A stretch of DNA of 43,242 nucleotides from an uncultured Wenzhouxiangellaceae bacterium (GTDB lineage: Bacteria; Pseudomonadota; Gammaproteobacteria; Xanthomonadales; Wenzhouxiangellaceae): the NCBI GenBank assembly GCA_964534475.1, contig CAZHRH010000003.1, positions 1 to 43,242 of the forward strand, written 5' to 3'. The notes below the pieces were generated by a model. The model saw only the letters and a program-made list of their open reading frames with translations, searched no databases and was not told where the DNA came from. The position numbers and the translations under genes are program-made. Shown in pieces: positions 30,595 through 39,784 of this stretch. Numbering within the stretch: the stretch's first letter is position 1; each line of letters starts with the position of its first letter.

Positions 30595-32394
30595 TCAGTC
30601 CCCCTGTCCCGGCGGAACCATCTTCCACTGAATCATCATTTCATGATCTTCGTGCACCACATTGTGACAATGCATCACATGAGTGCCGAAGAAATCACGC
30701 CAGCGACCGAAGAACTTGTATTCCTGATTTGGACCGAGCTCAATGATGTCTTTGCGCGCACGCAGGAAGCTGTCTTCAGCGATTGGTTTGCCGTTGAACT
30801 CGATGTACTGGAATTCCTCAAAGTGGGTATGCACCGGGTGACTCCAGGTGTTGCCGGAGTTACGTATGGTCCAGACTTCTGCAGAACCCTGCTCGATCAA
30901 TGCATCGATGCGGTTGGGGTCCATGACTTTACCGTTCACAGTCCACTGGCCGTTGTCATAGTCGAACACCCAGAGACGTTCGCGGCGCACTTCATCCATA
31001 TTGATGCTGGGGAATTCTCGCAAGCGATCCGGAATCTGGCTGGGGTCACCAACATCGGGATTCTGCGGTATGACGTCGTAGCGCATGACCAGATCGCCTT
31101 CATCCTTGATTTTGCCGGACTCACCAGCACCATCGGGGCGCATTTCCAGACGATTGACCAGATACACCTTGTCACCAGGCTCAAAGGCGGAGAAATCCAC
31201 CACCACATCAACCCGGTTGGCCACCCACAGCGGGAAGCTTTCCATTTCCAGCGGTTCCTGCAGCATGTTGCCATCGTTGGTCATGACATAAAATTTCAAA
31301 CCTGGGTGGTTATCGCTGACCGTGCCATCGGCACGCTCCAGACGCAGGCTGAGCTGATACAGCCGCGATGGTCCGCCATTGAGCAGTCGGAAGCGATATT
31401 TGCGCGCTTCCACATCCAGCCGTGGCGAAATGGTTCGGTTGACAGTAATGCGGTCACCGAGCATGCCGAACAGGGTGAAATTGGAACTGCCGATGTAAGT
31501 CGTTTCGGAGTCTTCAGGCTCGACTCTCGGACCCAGTCCACCATCGAAAAAGTCGAACACCACCTGACCGTTCTGATCAAACTGCACGTCATGCAGGATC
31601 ATCGGAATATCGTAGTCACCACTGGGCAGACGGAACGCATCCGGATTGGGATCGTTTTCGTCGTCGGAATCAAGATCGTCGAACAGCAGGTAAAAACCGG
31701 ACAGGCCGGCGTAGACGTTCGGCGCGGTGAAATCCAGGCGGTGATCGTGATACCAAAGGGTATTCATGATCTCGGTGTTGTCGAAACCGGCCGGAAAGTT
31801 GCCGTAATGGTGATCCCAGAACTCACCCGAGTTGAAGAAGTCGGTCGGGATACCATCGCTCTCAGAGGCGGTGTGGCCATTGTGCAGGTGCACAGTGATG
31901 GATGGCAACGCAAACTGAACCTTGACATCTGGATCCCCCACCGGCGGCAGGTTGTTCAATCTGCGCACCAGCACCGGCTCGCCATAGCGCACTTTGTAAG
32001 TCGGACCGGGCGCATGGAACAATCCTGCAGCATCATTCTGCCAGCCCCAGTGCCAGGAACCCTGCGCATAGGGGCCTTCGCTGTGATAAACCCAGCGATT
32101 CTGCACGATGTTTTCCTTGTAGAAATCAACCGGCGGAAAATCATAAAAGCGTTGATGACGGCGTCCGTCGGGTAACGGGCTGAAGCTGTTGAGAGGTTCC
32201 GGCGTTGCTACTGGCATGCGGAAAAGTGGATCTTTGAAAGGTACGATGGGTGGACTGGGTGCAGCTTCTATTGAAGGTTTGAAGCCTTGTGGAAAAACCA
32301 GACCGCTTTGGCGAAACTCAACTTTGCCATGTGCGGTCGCAGCCATGCCACCCGCAGCCAATCCCAGCTTGAGGACATCTCTTCGGTTAGTCAT
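30595..32394 (-). CDS. Tat-exported three-domain multicopper oxidase (CotA / bilirubin-oxidase-like)
   Basis: It has a Tat signal (MTNRRDVLKLGLAAGGMAATAHG). All four copper-ligand motifs are present: HLHNGH, WYHDH, HPVHTH, and HCHNVVHEDHEM (HCH-x3-H-x4-M, axial Met). Confidence 0.92.
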   Translation of the reverse strand: MTNRRDVLKLGLAAGGMAATAHGKVEFRQSGLVFPQGFKPSIEAAPSPPIVPFKDPLFRMPVATPEPLNSFSPLPDGRRHQRFYDFPPVDFYKENIVQNRWVYHSEGPYAQGSWHWGWQNDAAGLFHAPGPTYKVRYGEPVLVRRLNNLPPVGDPDVKVQFALPSITVHLHNGHTASESDGIPTDFFNSGEFWDHHYGNFPAGFDNTEIMNTLWYHDHRLDFTAPNVYAGLSGFYLLFDDLDSDDENDPNPDAFRLPSGDYDIPMILHDVQFDQNGQVVFDFFDGGLGPRVEPEDSETTYIGSSNFTLFGMLGDRITVNRTISPRLDVEARKYRFRLLNGGPSRLYQLSLRLERADGTVSDNHPGLKFYVMTNDGNMLQEPLEMESFPLWVANRVDVVVDFSAFEPGDKVYLVNRLEMRPDGAGESGKIKDEGDLVMRYDVIPQNPDVGDPSQIPDRLREFPSINMDEVRRERLWVFDYDNGQWTVNGKVMDPNRIDALIEQGSAEVWTIRNSGNTWSHPVHTHFEEFQYIEFNGKPIAEDSFLRARKDIIELGPNQEYKFFGRWRDFFGTHVMHCHNVVHEDHEMMIQWKMVPPGQGD

Positions 32395-32744
32395 ATTGTG
32401 CTCCGGCGTTTTTATTATGGTTCAAATTAATTCTTATTGTGGTAAACAGCCCAAAACCATCTTTGGCAGGATTTAACCAGTGATGTGGGCAACCGGTTCC
32501 TGCTTCCGGGTCTTCAGATCTGCTTAACCCTCTTACAAAATATAAGACCGGGCACACGCAGTCAAGTCAAATTGACAATAATACTTTAGATTTGTATTAG
32601 CTAATTTAGTTATTCACAATTCATATGCGGAATGCTTTTGTTAATTGACGGAGTAAAGAATCAGCTTGCGGTTATGGCGCTTGAAGTAATAAAATTATAT
32701 TCAGTGGTCCATGCCAAGAGCTAATGACACCTGACGTAGCCCGT

Positions 32745-32831
32745 GCCGGGGTGGCGGAACTGGTAGACGCGCTGGATTCAAAATCCAGTTTTGGAAACAA
32801 AGTGAGGGTTCGATTCCCTCCCCCGGCACCA
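32745..32831 (+). tRNA. tRNA-Leu (anticodon CAA), class II with long variable arm, CCA encoded
   Basis: I folded it by hand. Acceptor stem GCCGGGG/CCCCGGC. Anticodon stem CTGGA/TCCAG with loop TTCAAAA. Long variable arm. T arm GAGGG-TTCGATT-CCCTC. Discriminator A followed by CCA. Confidence 0.9.
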
Positions 32832-32926
32832 ACTCTGTAGCATCTGCCGCGTATCGACTCGATTCGCATGTATTCCAACTGCCTCGTTTCCCCAATCATT
32901 TCCCCTCTGATCAACAGCAATGGCTG

Positions 32927-33892
32927 TCAATCATCAATGCTGATGCCTTCCAGCAACTCTTCATCCGATCCTTCTTTCAGATCCGCCCACAGCGGTGTGC
33001 TCAGATAGCGCTCACCGGTGTCCGGCAACATCACCAGCACATGACTGTCAGCGGGAATCGATTCCGCCAGCTTGATCGCTGCCGCATAAGTACCACCTGC
33101 AGAGATGCCGCAGAAAATGCCTTCCTGGCGCGCAAGTTCGCGCGACCAGTGCATGGATTCCTCTTCATTCACCGGAATGTTCAGATCGAATACATCACGA
33201 TCCAGCACTTCCGGTATGAAATCCGGTGTCCAGCCCTGGATTTTGTGCGCTGACCACTCCTTCCCTGCCAACAGCGCGGCCTGCTCCGGTTCGGTGACGA
33301 CAATCTTGACCTCCGGACGCGCGGTCTTGAGCATCTTGCCGGCACCGGTCATGGTGCCGCCGGTGCCGTAACCGGTGACAAAATAATCCAGCGGGCGACC
33401 GGCAAAGTCGCCGAGAATTTCGGGACCGGTGGTCTGGCGGTGAAAGGCGGGGTTGGCCGGGTTCTGGAACTGCCGGGACAAAAACCAGCCGTGCTTGTCG
33501 GCCAGTTGCTCAGCGACCTTGACCATGCCCGTGCCGCGCCATTCTTTCGGCGTCAGCACCACGCGCGCACCCAGCGCGCGCATCAGTTTGCGTCGCTCCA
33601 CCGAGAAGGTTTCGGTCATCACCGCAACGAACGGATAACCGCGCGCCGCGCAGACCATGGCCAGGGCAATGCCGGTATTGCCGGAAGTGGCTTCAACCAC
33701 GGTCTGGCCGGGCTTCAACGCGCCGCTTTGTTCGCCGTCGTTGATGATCGCCCAGGCCAGCCGATCCTTGACCGATGACATCGGGTTGAATGCCTCGAGC
33801 TTGACGTAAAAATGCATACCCTCAGGCGCCAGACGCTGGATTCTGACAATCGGTGTACGGCCGATGGTGTCGATAATGCTGTCGTGGATCAT
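32927..33892 (-). CDS. cysK: Cysteine synthase A (O-acetylserine sulfhydrylase)
   Basis: NPMSSVKDR carries the PLP lysine and TSGNTGIALA is present. The protein is 321 aa with a GGAGG RBS upstream. Confidence 0.9.
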   Translation of the reverse strand: MIHDSIIDTIGRTPIVRIQRLAPEGMHFYVKLEAFNPMSSVKDRLAWAIINDGEQSGALKPGQTVVEATSGNTGIALAMVCAARGYPFVAVMTETFSVERRKLMRALGARVVLTPKEWRGTGMVKVAEQLADKHGWFLSRQFQNPANPAFHRQTTGPEILGDFAGRPLDYFVTGYGTGGTMTGAGKMLKTARPEVKIVVTEPEQAALLAGKEWSAHKIQGWTPDFIPEVLDRDVFDLNIPVNEEESMHWSRELARQEGIFCGISAGGTYAAAIKLAESIPADSHVLVMLPDTGERYLSTPLWADLKEGSDEELLEGISIDD

Positions 33893-33906
33893 GCTGCCTC
33901 CGCTTT

Positions 33907-33960
33907 GGGTGATTCAATTGGGCTGATTCAATTGGGCTGATTCAATTGGGCTGATTCAAT
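33907..33960. repeat. Tandem repeat, 14-bp unit GGGCTGATTCAATT x about 4
   Basis: The units lie at 33907-33919 (lacking one C), 33920-33933, 33934-33947 and 33948-33960. The array starts 15 nt upstream of the cysK start codon. Confidence 0.9.
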
Positions 33961-34065
33961 AAATGCTGCCATCAGACCGCAACCATAGCAGTCTGCACAC
34001 TGATGCGCTAGAACCACTGGTTATTGGCACCATACCAGTGGTTCTGCAAGCTCATGGCTGCGGGT

Positions 34066-35040
34066 TCAGCGTTGCCGTGACGCTTTGCGGAACCCGCGCA
34101 AACTGCCCAGATAAATACCGAGCAGGCACAGCAGCAATCCCAGCCACTGCCAGCTCGACAACCGCAAACTGAAAAACCATATGTCCCAGGTCACCGACAA
34201 GGCCGGCTGCAACAGCAGCAGCAGACCGGCCAGACCGGCGGCGATATGCGGCAGACCGCGGCTGATCAACAACCAGCCCAGCACCTGGCAGAGCAGACCA
34301 TAGGCCAGCAAAAGCAGCCAGTGGCGGCGATCCGGCAAGGCAAAGCCGGCCTGCTCCAGCAGCACCAGCACAGCCATCAGCAAACTGGTCAACAGGGAAA
34401 TCTGTAACAGTCGCCAGACCGCGTTCAGACTGCGCGCAGCCGACTGACCATGGCGCAGGCTGAGCATGTAGGCGCTGTAGGCAATGGCCGTGAGCAGACC
34501 GAGCACAATGCCGCTGCGCTGGGTCGCATTCCAGCCTGGCCAATCCGGCACCAGCAGTAGCCACAAACCCGACATGGCCAGCAACAGGCCACTGAAAAAC
34601 CGCAGCCCCGGCCGCTCACTGAAAAACATCACCCCGGCAATGGTCATGACGAACACCTGGAAGTTGGCCAGCAGGGTTGCCAGACCCGGACCCACACGCA
34701 CAATACTGCGATGCCACAACCACAGATCAAGGGTAAAAAACACCGCGGCCAGTGCCGACCAGCCCCAGCCCAGATGCAACTGCTGCCGGGTCTGCGCACG
34801 CCAGGACGGCACCAGCAACAGCAGCAACAACAAACCGCCGGCACCAAACAGCATGCGGTAAAAACCCGACGTCGTCGGACTCACATCCACCAGGCCGACA
34901 AATGGCGCCGACAGGCTGATCAGCACCGCCCCGGCCAGCACCTGAAACGTATGCTTGAGCTGCCCGCCAGCAGCATTGGCTGATGGCGTTGAACTCAATG
35001 GCTTGTGTTGGCCTGTGCTGCGGTAGCGGGTATGGCGCAA
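34066..35040 (-). CDS. EamA/DMT-superfamily transporter (10-TM)
   Basis: It is highly hydrophobic with repeated 5-TM halves typical of EamA domains. The start is uncertain. The ATG at 35040 overlaps the upstream gene by 46 nt. A GTG at 34941, just before TM1, would give about 291 aa. Confidence 0.75.
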   Translation of the reverse strand: MRHTRYRSTGQHKPLSSTPSANAAGGQLKHTFQVLAGAVLISLSAPFVGLVDVSPTTSGFYRMLFGAGGLLLLLLLVPSWRAQTRQQLHLGWGWSALAAVFFTLDLWLWHRSIVRVGPGLATLLANFQVFVMTIAGVMFFSERPGLRFFSGLLLAMSGLWLLLVPDWPGWNATQRSGIVLGLLTAIAYSAYMLSLRHGQSAARSLNAVWRLLQISLLTSLLMAVLVLLEQAGFALPDRRHWLLLLAYGLLCQVLGWLLISRGLPHIAAGLAGLLLLLQPALSVTWDIWFFSLRLSSWQWLGLLLCLLGIYLGSLRGFRKASRQR

Positions 35041-36203
35041 GCGCGGCGTATGAACAATTCCTTCAACGGCCGCAACCGATGCACAGCACTGATGCCCAGC
35101 GCTGACAGCATTTGCTGGCGTCGAAACAGCTTCTCCAAGGTATCAATGCCGCGCGCTGTGATGGTGTTTTCACTCAGGCGGCGGCGCTCATAGGTCGCCA
35201 GCACGGGCTGCAACTCGTTCCCTTGCTGCGACGCAGCGAGAACGTCGGGCTGTGCCGCAAGCAGCTCACTGAGTTCTCGTACATCCTGAAAACCAAGATT
35301 CACCCCCTGCCCGGCCATCGGATGCACCTGATGGGCAGCATCACCGACCAGCACCACGCGCTGGCTGACCATTTGCCGAACCAACTGCATGCGCAACGGG
35401 AAAGCAGCCACTTTGGATACTACCTGAACCTGACCAAAACGACCATTGCTGTGCAGCGTCAGTTCTGCTGCCAGTTGCGCGCTATCGGCTTGCAGCTTGT
35501 CGGCAGCCATGGCTTGCGGCAAGCTCCAGACCAGCGAGGAACGCCCCTCACCGACCGGCAACATGGCCAGCGGACCGGTGTCCAGATGAACTTGCCAGGC
35601 AATGCCGGGGTTGGCCTGTTCGGTTTCCAGCACCGCCACCAGCGCACGCTGCTGATAATCGTGCGCGCTGATATCAAGCTCGCACATGTCGCGTATCGAC
35701 GAGCGTGCGCCATCGGCAGCGACACACAATCTGGCGCTGACCGTGCTGCCGTCATCCAGCGTCAGTTCCACCGCTCGCCGCCGCTGCTTAAGGCCGCTCA
35801 CGCCGACGCCATCGACACGCATCACTGTGTTTGGCATCACTTGCGTCAGCGCTGCCGACAACAAGCGGTTTTCCACGATCCAGCCCAACTGCGATAAGCC
35901 GTGCTCTCTGGCATCGAAGCGAAGCTGACCGCCGCTGCCGGTGGTAACTTCCATGACATCGTAAGCACAACAGCGCTGTGCCTGCACCATCTGCCAGGCA
36001 GCAAGCTCATCCAGCATGGCTTGACTTCCCGGCGCGATGGCAGACACACGCAAATCTGGCAAGGTCTGTGGCTGGTAGGCAAGCGGCGCCTGCCGATCCA
36101 GCAGCAGCACGTCAAAACCTTGCCGACCGAGCGATACGGCGCAGGCCGAACCCACCATACCGGCACCAACCACGACAATATCAACCTGATAATGCTGCGT
36201 CAT
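34995..36203 (-). CDS. ubiI: UbiH/UbiF/UbiI(VisC)-family FAD-dependent ubiquinone-biosynthesis hydroxylase
   Basis: The N-terminus has VVVGAGMVGSA (GxGxxG) and GDAAH is present. Its position immediately downstream of ubiH matches the E. coli ubiH-visC arrangement. The paralogue assignment rests on synteny only. Confidence 0.8.
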   Translation of the reverse strand: MTQHYQVDIVVVGAGMVGSACAVSLGRQGFDVLLLDRQAPLAYQPQTLPDLRVSAIAPGSQAMLDELAAWQMVQAQRCCAYDVMEVTTGSGGQLRFDAREHGLSQLGWIVENRLLSAALTQVMPNTVMRVDGVGVSGLKQRRRAVELTLDDGSTVSARLCVAADGARSSIRDMCELDISAHDYQQRALVAVLETEQANPGIAWQVHLDTGPLAMLPVGEGRSSLVWSLPQAMAADKLQADSAQLAAELTLHSNGRFGQVQVVSKVAAFPLRMQLVRQMVSQRVVLVGDAAHQVHPMAGQGVNLGFQDVRELSELLAAQPDVLAASQQGNELQPVLATYERRRLSENTITARGIDTLEKLFRRQQMLSALGISAVHRLRPLKELFIRRACAIPATAAQANTSH

Positions 36204-37528
36204 GATGCTATCTGCAGAGTCTCGGCAACCGCTGGCAGATCCGGCAGCGGGCTGCGATAGCCCATCGCGCGCTGCACCAATGTCTGCTGCAAGCCGGGCA
36301 GCAACTGGTGTCCGATCAGACCGCCGCCGCGCAGCAGCCGCGCCGGTAGGGATGGATTGCTGTACAGCCGCGCCAAGCTGTCGGTATAGCGAATGGTTTC
36401 ACGCTGGTCGCTGTCGCGTCGGGCCTGATAATTGCTCAGCAAGGCAGTGATGCTGCCCGTGTCGGCGACAAATGACGGCTGTGCCCAGAACTGCGTCAGT
36501 GTTGCAGCCAGCACCCAGGCGTCGCGCAGCCCGAGATTGAATCCCTGCGCGGATACCGGATGAATGGTATGCGCGGCATTGCCGATCAGCACCACCCGCT
36601 GGCGTATGTGCTGCTGCGCCGCCAGCAAGCGCAGCGGATAGCTGGCGCGCTTGCCGATCTGTTGCAATTGCCCCAGGCGCTGGCCGAAGCGCTGCTGCAG
36701 ATGGCGCAGAAAATCCTCATCAGTCAAGGCCAGCAGGTCTGGCGCGGCCTTATGGTCCACGCACATTACCACCCCGACCCGGCCACCCGGCTGCGGCAAC
36801 AGCGCCAGCGGCCCGCTGTCGGTAAAGCGCTCAAAGGCACACCCGCCGTGGTGTTGTTGCGGGGTCACGTTGCAGATGATCGCAGTTTGTCGATAATCGT
36901 GCTGTCGTGCCGGCAAACCAGCCTGCTGTCGTACCATTGAATCAGCGCCGTCGGCACCGATCACCAGTTGGCAACGCAGTCGCTGTTGTGCACCGTCAAG
37001 CTGCAGTTCGACCCCATCACTGTCCATCTGCAGTTGTTGCAAGCGTGCCGGAGACCACCACTGCAGATGAACATCCTGATTGTCGCTATCGGTTGAATTT
37101 GCCTGTTCGATGGCAGTGAACATGGCGCGGCCGATTTCGCGCGCCAAGACGACATGGCCAAACGCTTCGCGCTGATGCTCACTGGCGCGCAGCATGGTGC
37201 GCCCGGGGTGCCCGCGATCGCTGACGTGGATGCTGCGTATCGGCTCGCCATGCTGCTGCAGCAGATCGTGCAGTCCGAGTTGCTGCATGATTTGCCCGGA
37301 GACCTCATTCAGCACCAGCGTGCGGTCGTCATAACTCGGCTGCACATCTGTTCCCGGCGTGAACGGCTCAATGACGGCAACGCGCAAGCTGTGTGTGCTG
37401 CCCTTCTGTTGTGCCTGGCGCTGGTAGAATCGACGCAGCGCCAGTGCCAAACTGGCACCGACCAGACCGCCACCGACGATGGCGATATCAACCTCTGCTG
37501 CATGCTCTGCTGACTGTTCTGTCGTCAT
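36200..37528 (-). CDS. ubiH: 2-octaprenyl-6-methoxyphenol hydroxylase-like FAD monooxygenase
   Basis: AIVGGGLVGAS and GNAAHTIHPVSAQGFNLG are present. It lies between pepP and the ubiI-like gene and overlaps the latter by 4 nt. Confidence 0.82.
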   Translation of the reverse strand: MTTEQSAEHAAEVDIAIVGGGLVGASLALALRRFYQRQAQQKGSTHSLRVAVIEPFTPGTDVQPSYDDRTLVLNEVSGQIMQQLGLHDLLQQHGEPIRSIHVSDRGHPGRTMLRASEHQREAFGHVVLAREIGRAMFTAIEQANSTDSDNQDVHLQWWSPARLQQLQMDSDGVELQLDGAQQRLRCQLVIGADGADSMVRQQAGLPARQHDYRQTAIICNVTPQQHHGGCAFERFTDSGPLALLPQPGGRVGVVMCVDHKAAPDLLALTDEDFLRHLQQRFGQRLGQLQQIGKRASYPLRLLAAQQHIRQRVVLIGNAAHTIHPVSAQGFNLGLRDAWVLAATLTQFWAQPSFVADTGSITALLSNYQARRDSDQRETIRYTDSLARLYSNPSLPARLLRGGGLIGHQLLPGLQQTLVQRAMGYRSPLPDLPAVAETLQIAS

Positions 37529-37601
37529 TGCGTTAATCCGTCACTCGAGTTCAATGCATGTCATTCTGCTAAACCTGCTCACATGAGGTGATCGTGCACC
37601 A

Positions 37602-38924
37602 TCACCCGGCGTTGATCATGGCCTCCAGATCGGCCACGGTTTTCGGCAAGCCGGCCGATAACACGCGTGGCTGGTCTTTGGTCACCACCACATCATCTTC
37701 AATGCGGATACCCAGGCCGCGCCATCTGCTGTCCACTGATTCATCATCGGCAGCAATATAGATGCCCGGCTCCACCGTCATCACCATACCCGGTTCCAGT
37801 TGGCGCGACTCGCCATTGACCCGGTAATCGCCGACATCATGCACATCCAGACCCAGCCAGTGACCTGTTTTATGCATGAAGTATTTCTCATATATCCCTG
37901 ATTCTAGTGCATTATCTTCGCTATCTTTAACAATGCCAAGCGCACACAATCCGGCACAGATGCTTTGCGCGGCCGCGGCGTGCACGGCATCCCAGCAATT
38001 GGCCGTATGCGCCTGCTCTATGGCGGCCGCCTGTGCCGTGAGCACCACTTCATACAGATCATTCTGCGCGCTGCTGAAACAGCCATTGACTGGAAAAGTA
38101 CGGCTTATATCGGCGGCGTAGCCCTGATATTCGCAACCCGAATCGATCAGCAGCAGCGCATCACCCTGCAACGGCTGGTTGTTGTCGGTGTAATGCAGTA
38201 TGCAGGCGTTATCGCCACTGCCGACAATGGCCGGGTAAGCAGGCTCACAATCATGCCGCAAATATTCGTGCTGCAGCAAAGCGTGGACTTCACTTTCATT
38301 GTTCAAAGTCTTGATCTTACGCATGACGCGCATGTGCGCGCGACATGAAATATCGGCGGCAGACTGCATCAGTTGCAGTTCATAACGACTTTTCTGCAAA
38401 CGCAATTCATGCAGCAGATGGGACACATCAACCAGCCGATCGGGCATCTTGTCTTGTTGTGGCAAGGTCAGATGCATCCAGCCAATCAAACGCTGGTCAA
38501 ACGCGGCATCTTGCCCAAGCTGGCTGAACACACGCTCACGACCATGTAACAACTGCGGCATGATGTCATCAAGCTGTGCCAGCGAATATGCGGCGTCCAT
38601 AGCATACACCTCACAAGCCGCGTCGATGCCAGCGTGATCGCCGTGCCAGCGCGCCTGCTGCGCATCCTGTGGCGCACAAAACAGGCTCGCTTGACAGTCA
38701 CTGCCGCGTTCGGAACTGATCACCAGCACAGCGTCGGGCTCATTGAAACCGGACAAGTACCAGAAATCGCTGTTCTGGCGAAACGGATAGCAGACATCAT
38801 TGCTGCGCACCTTGCGCATGGCAGCGGGTATCACGGCGATGCTGCCGGTCCCGATCATCCCGGCCAGATCCGCTCTGCGGCGCGCGCACTCGCGCAGCAG
38901 GCGACTGCAAGTCTGGGCTTTCAA
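37602..38924 (-). CDS. pepP: Xaa-Pro aminopeptidase (M24B)
   Basis: It has an N-terminal AMP_N region (FRQNSDFWYLSGF). Pita-bread metal ligands are present (HKTGHWLGLDVHD, EPG, IRIEDD). Confidence 0.92.
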   Translation of the reverse strand: MKAQTCSRLLRECARRRADLAGMIGTGSIAVIPAAMRKVRSNDVCYPFRQNSDFWYLSGFNEPDAVLVISSERGSDCQASLFCAPQDAQQARWHGDHAGIDAACEVYAMDAAYSLAQLDDIMPQLLHGRERVFSQLGQDAAFDQRLIGWMHLTLPQQDKMPDRLVDVSHLLHELRLQKSRYELQLMQSAADISCRAHMRVMRKIKTLNNESEVHALLQHEYLRHDCEPAYPAIVGSGDNACILHYTDNNQPLQGDALLLIDSGCEYQGYAADISRTFPVNGCFSSAQNDLYEVVLTAQAAAIEQAHTANCWDAVHAAAAQSICAGLCALGIVKDSEDNALESGIYEKYFMHKTGHWLGLDVHDVGDYRVNGESRQLEPGMVMTVEPGIYIAADDESVDSRWRGLGIRIEDDVVVTKDQPRVLSAGLPKTVADLEAMINAG

Positions 38925-39505
38925 TGCAGCTTTGCCGGCGCTGATGGCGTCGTTTTCTGCTGCAGCAGCAGAGCATGATGAATCAACTGCACAGCCACGC
39001 GGACGTATTCCACTACTTCGCTGTAGGCCTGCTCCAGACTTTCCTCATCCGGCGGCTGTGCGCTATCCTCTGCGTCATACAAGCTGGCGCGAGAGATGTT
39101 CTGTAAATCCGCCAGTGCTTCTGCCGCCTCAGCGTTAAGACTGGCATCCACGTGCACGCCCATGCCGCTGACAAAACCACCAGCCCAAGCCGCCAGCGCT
39201 TCGGTACGCTGCTGCAAGCTGTCGCTGTCATGCGGTAACAAGGGACGAAAATCACCGGCCGTATCGAGCAGGCTGGAAGTGGTCATCTGTAAAGCCGCGC
39301 TGCAGGCCTGCAGCAAGTCCTGCTGCTGTGCATCGGCACCCAACCAGCGCAGCAATTCATATGCGCCAGCCTCGGCATCAGCGTCTGCGACATCACAGGC
39401 GTGAGCGCACAGCAGACCGTGCATTTCGCTGGCATCAGGAAAGCCAGCATGTCCGGAAAGCTCCAGCAACGAATGCAGATTTTCATCCATGTTATTCATT
39501 TTCAT
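38921..39505 (-). CDS. ygfB: UPF0149 family protein YgfB
   Basis: It is an acidic protein of about 194 aa. Its position upstream of pepP, with a 4-nt overlap, matches the conserved ygfB-pepP arrangement. Confidence 0.8.
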   Translation of the reverse strand: MKMNNMDENLHSLLELSGHAGFPDASEMHGLLCAHACDVADADAEAGAYELLRWLGADAQQQDLLQACSAALQMTTSSLLDTAGDFRPLLPHDSDSLQQRTEALAAWAGGFVSGMGVHVDASLNAEAAEALADLQNISRASLYDAEDSAQPPDEESLEQAYSEVVEYVRVAVQLIHHALLLQQKTTPSAPAKLH

Positions 39506-39784
39506 GCCTAAGTTGTGATATAAAGTAGTTTCAGGTTCGTGCCATGCAAATGGAATTGCACTAGCCGCCTGTCGGACTTAACCGATCGTCGCCAGGGATA
39601 GCCGGTTGCAGTCAGATTTGTCGGCCTTTTAGGCAAACAGTGTGCCTTTTGAACATAGGACAGCGGGCAATCTGACCCAACCCAGCTGTTCCGCAACTGG
39701 TCAGTACTAAGTCTGACAGACTCATATGTTGCCAGTTGAGGGCGATGACACTGATAGACAAACATTCCTTTGGGGATACAGAAG

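Noticed and set aside
32566-32576. The GTCAAATTGAC palindrome upstream of the MCO gene, considered as a possible CusR/CopR-type copper box.
   Set aside because: - The half-sites (GTCAA/TTGAC) and spacing differ from the TGACAA-N2-TTGTCA type boxes I recall.
- An 11-bp palindrome in AT-rich DNA is weak evidence.
- I mention it only within the leader-region finding.
32672-32920. Two minus-strand ORFs (82 and 64 aa) overlapping the tRNA-Leu gene.
   Set aside because: - They are translations through a cloverleaf-forming tRNA gene.
- They have no RBS and no family resemblance.
39506-39784. A 280-bp divergent ygfB/zapB-like intergenic region containing a short stem (AGGCA-N7-TGCCT) followed by TTTT. 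I considered it as a small RNA.
   Set aside because: - The stem is only 5 bp.
- I could not identify a promoter or any conservation evidence.
- It is more simply two divergent promoters.
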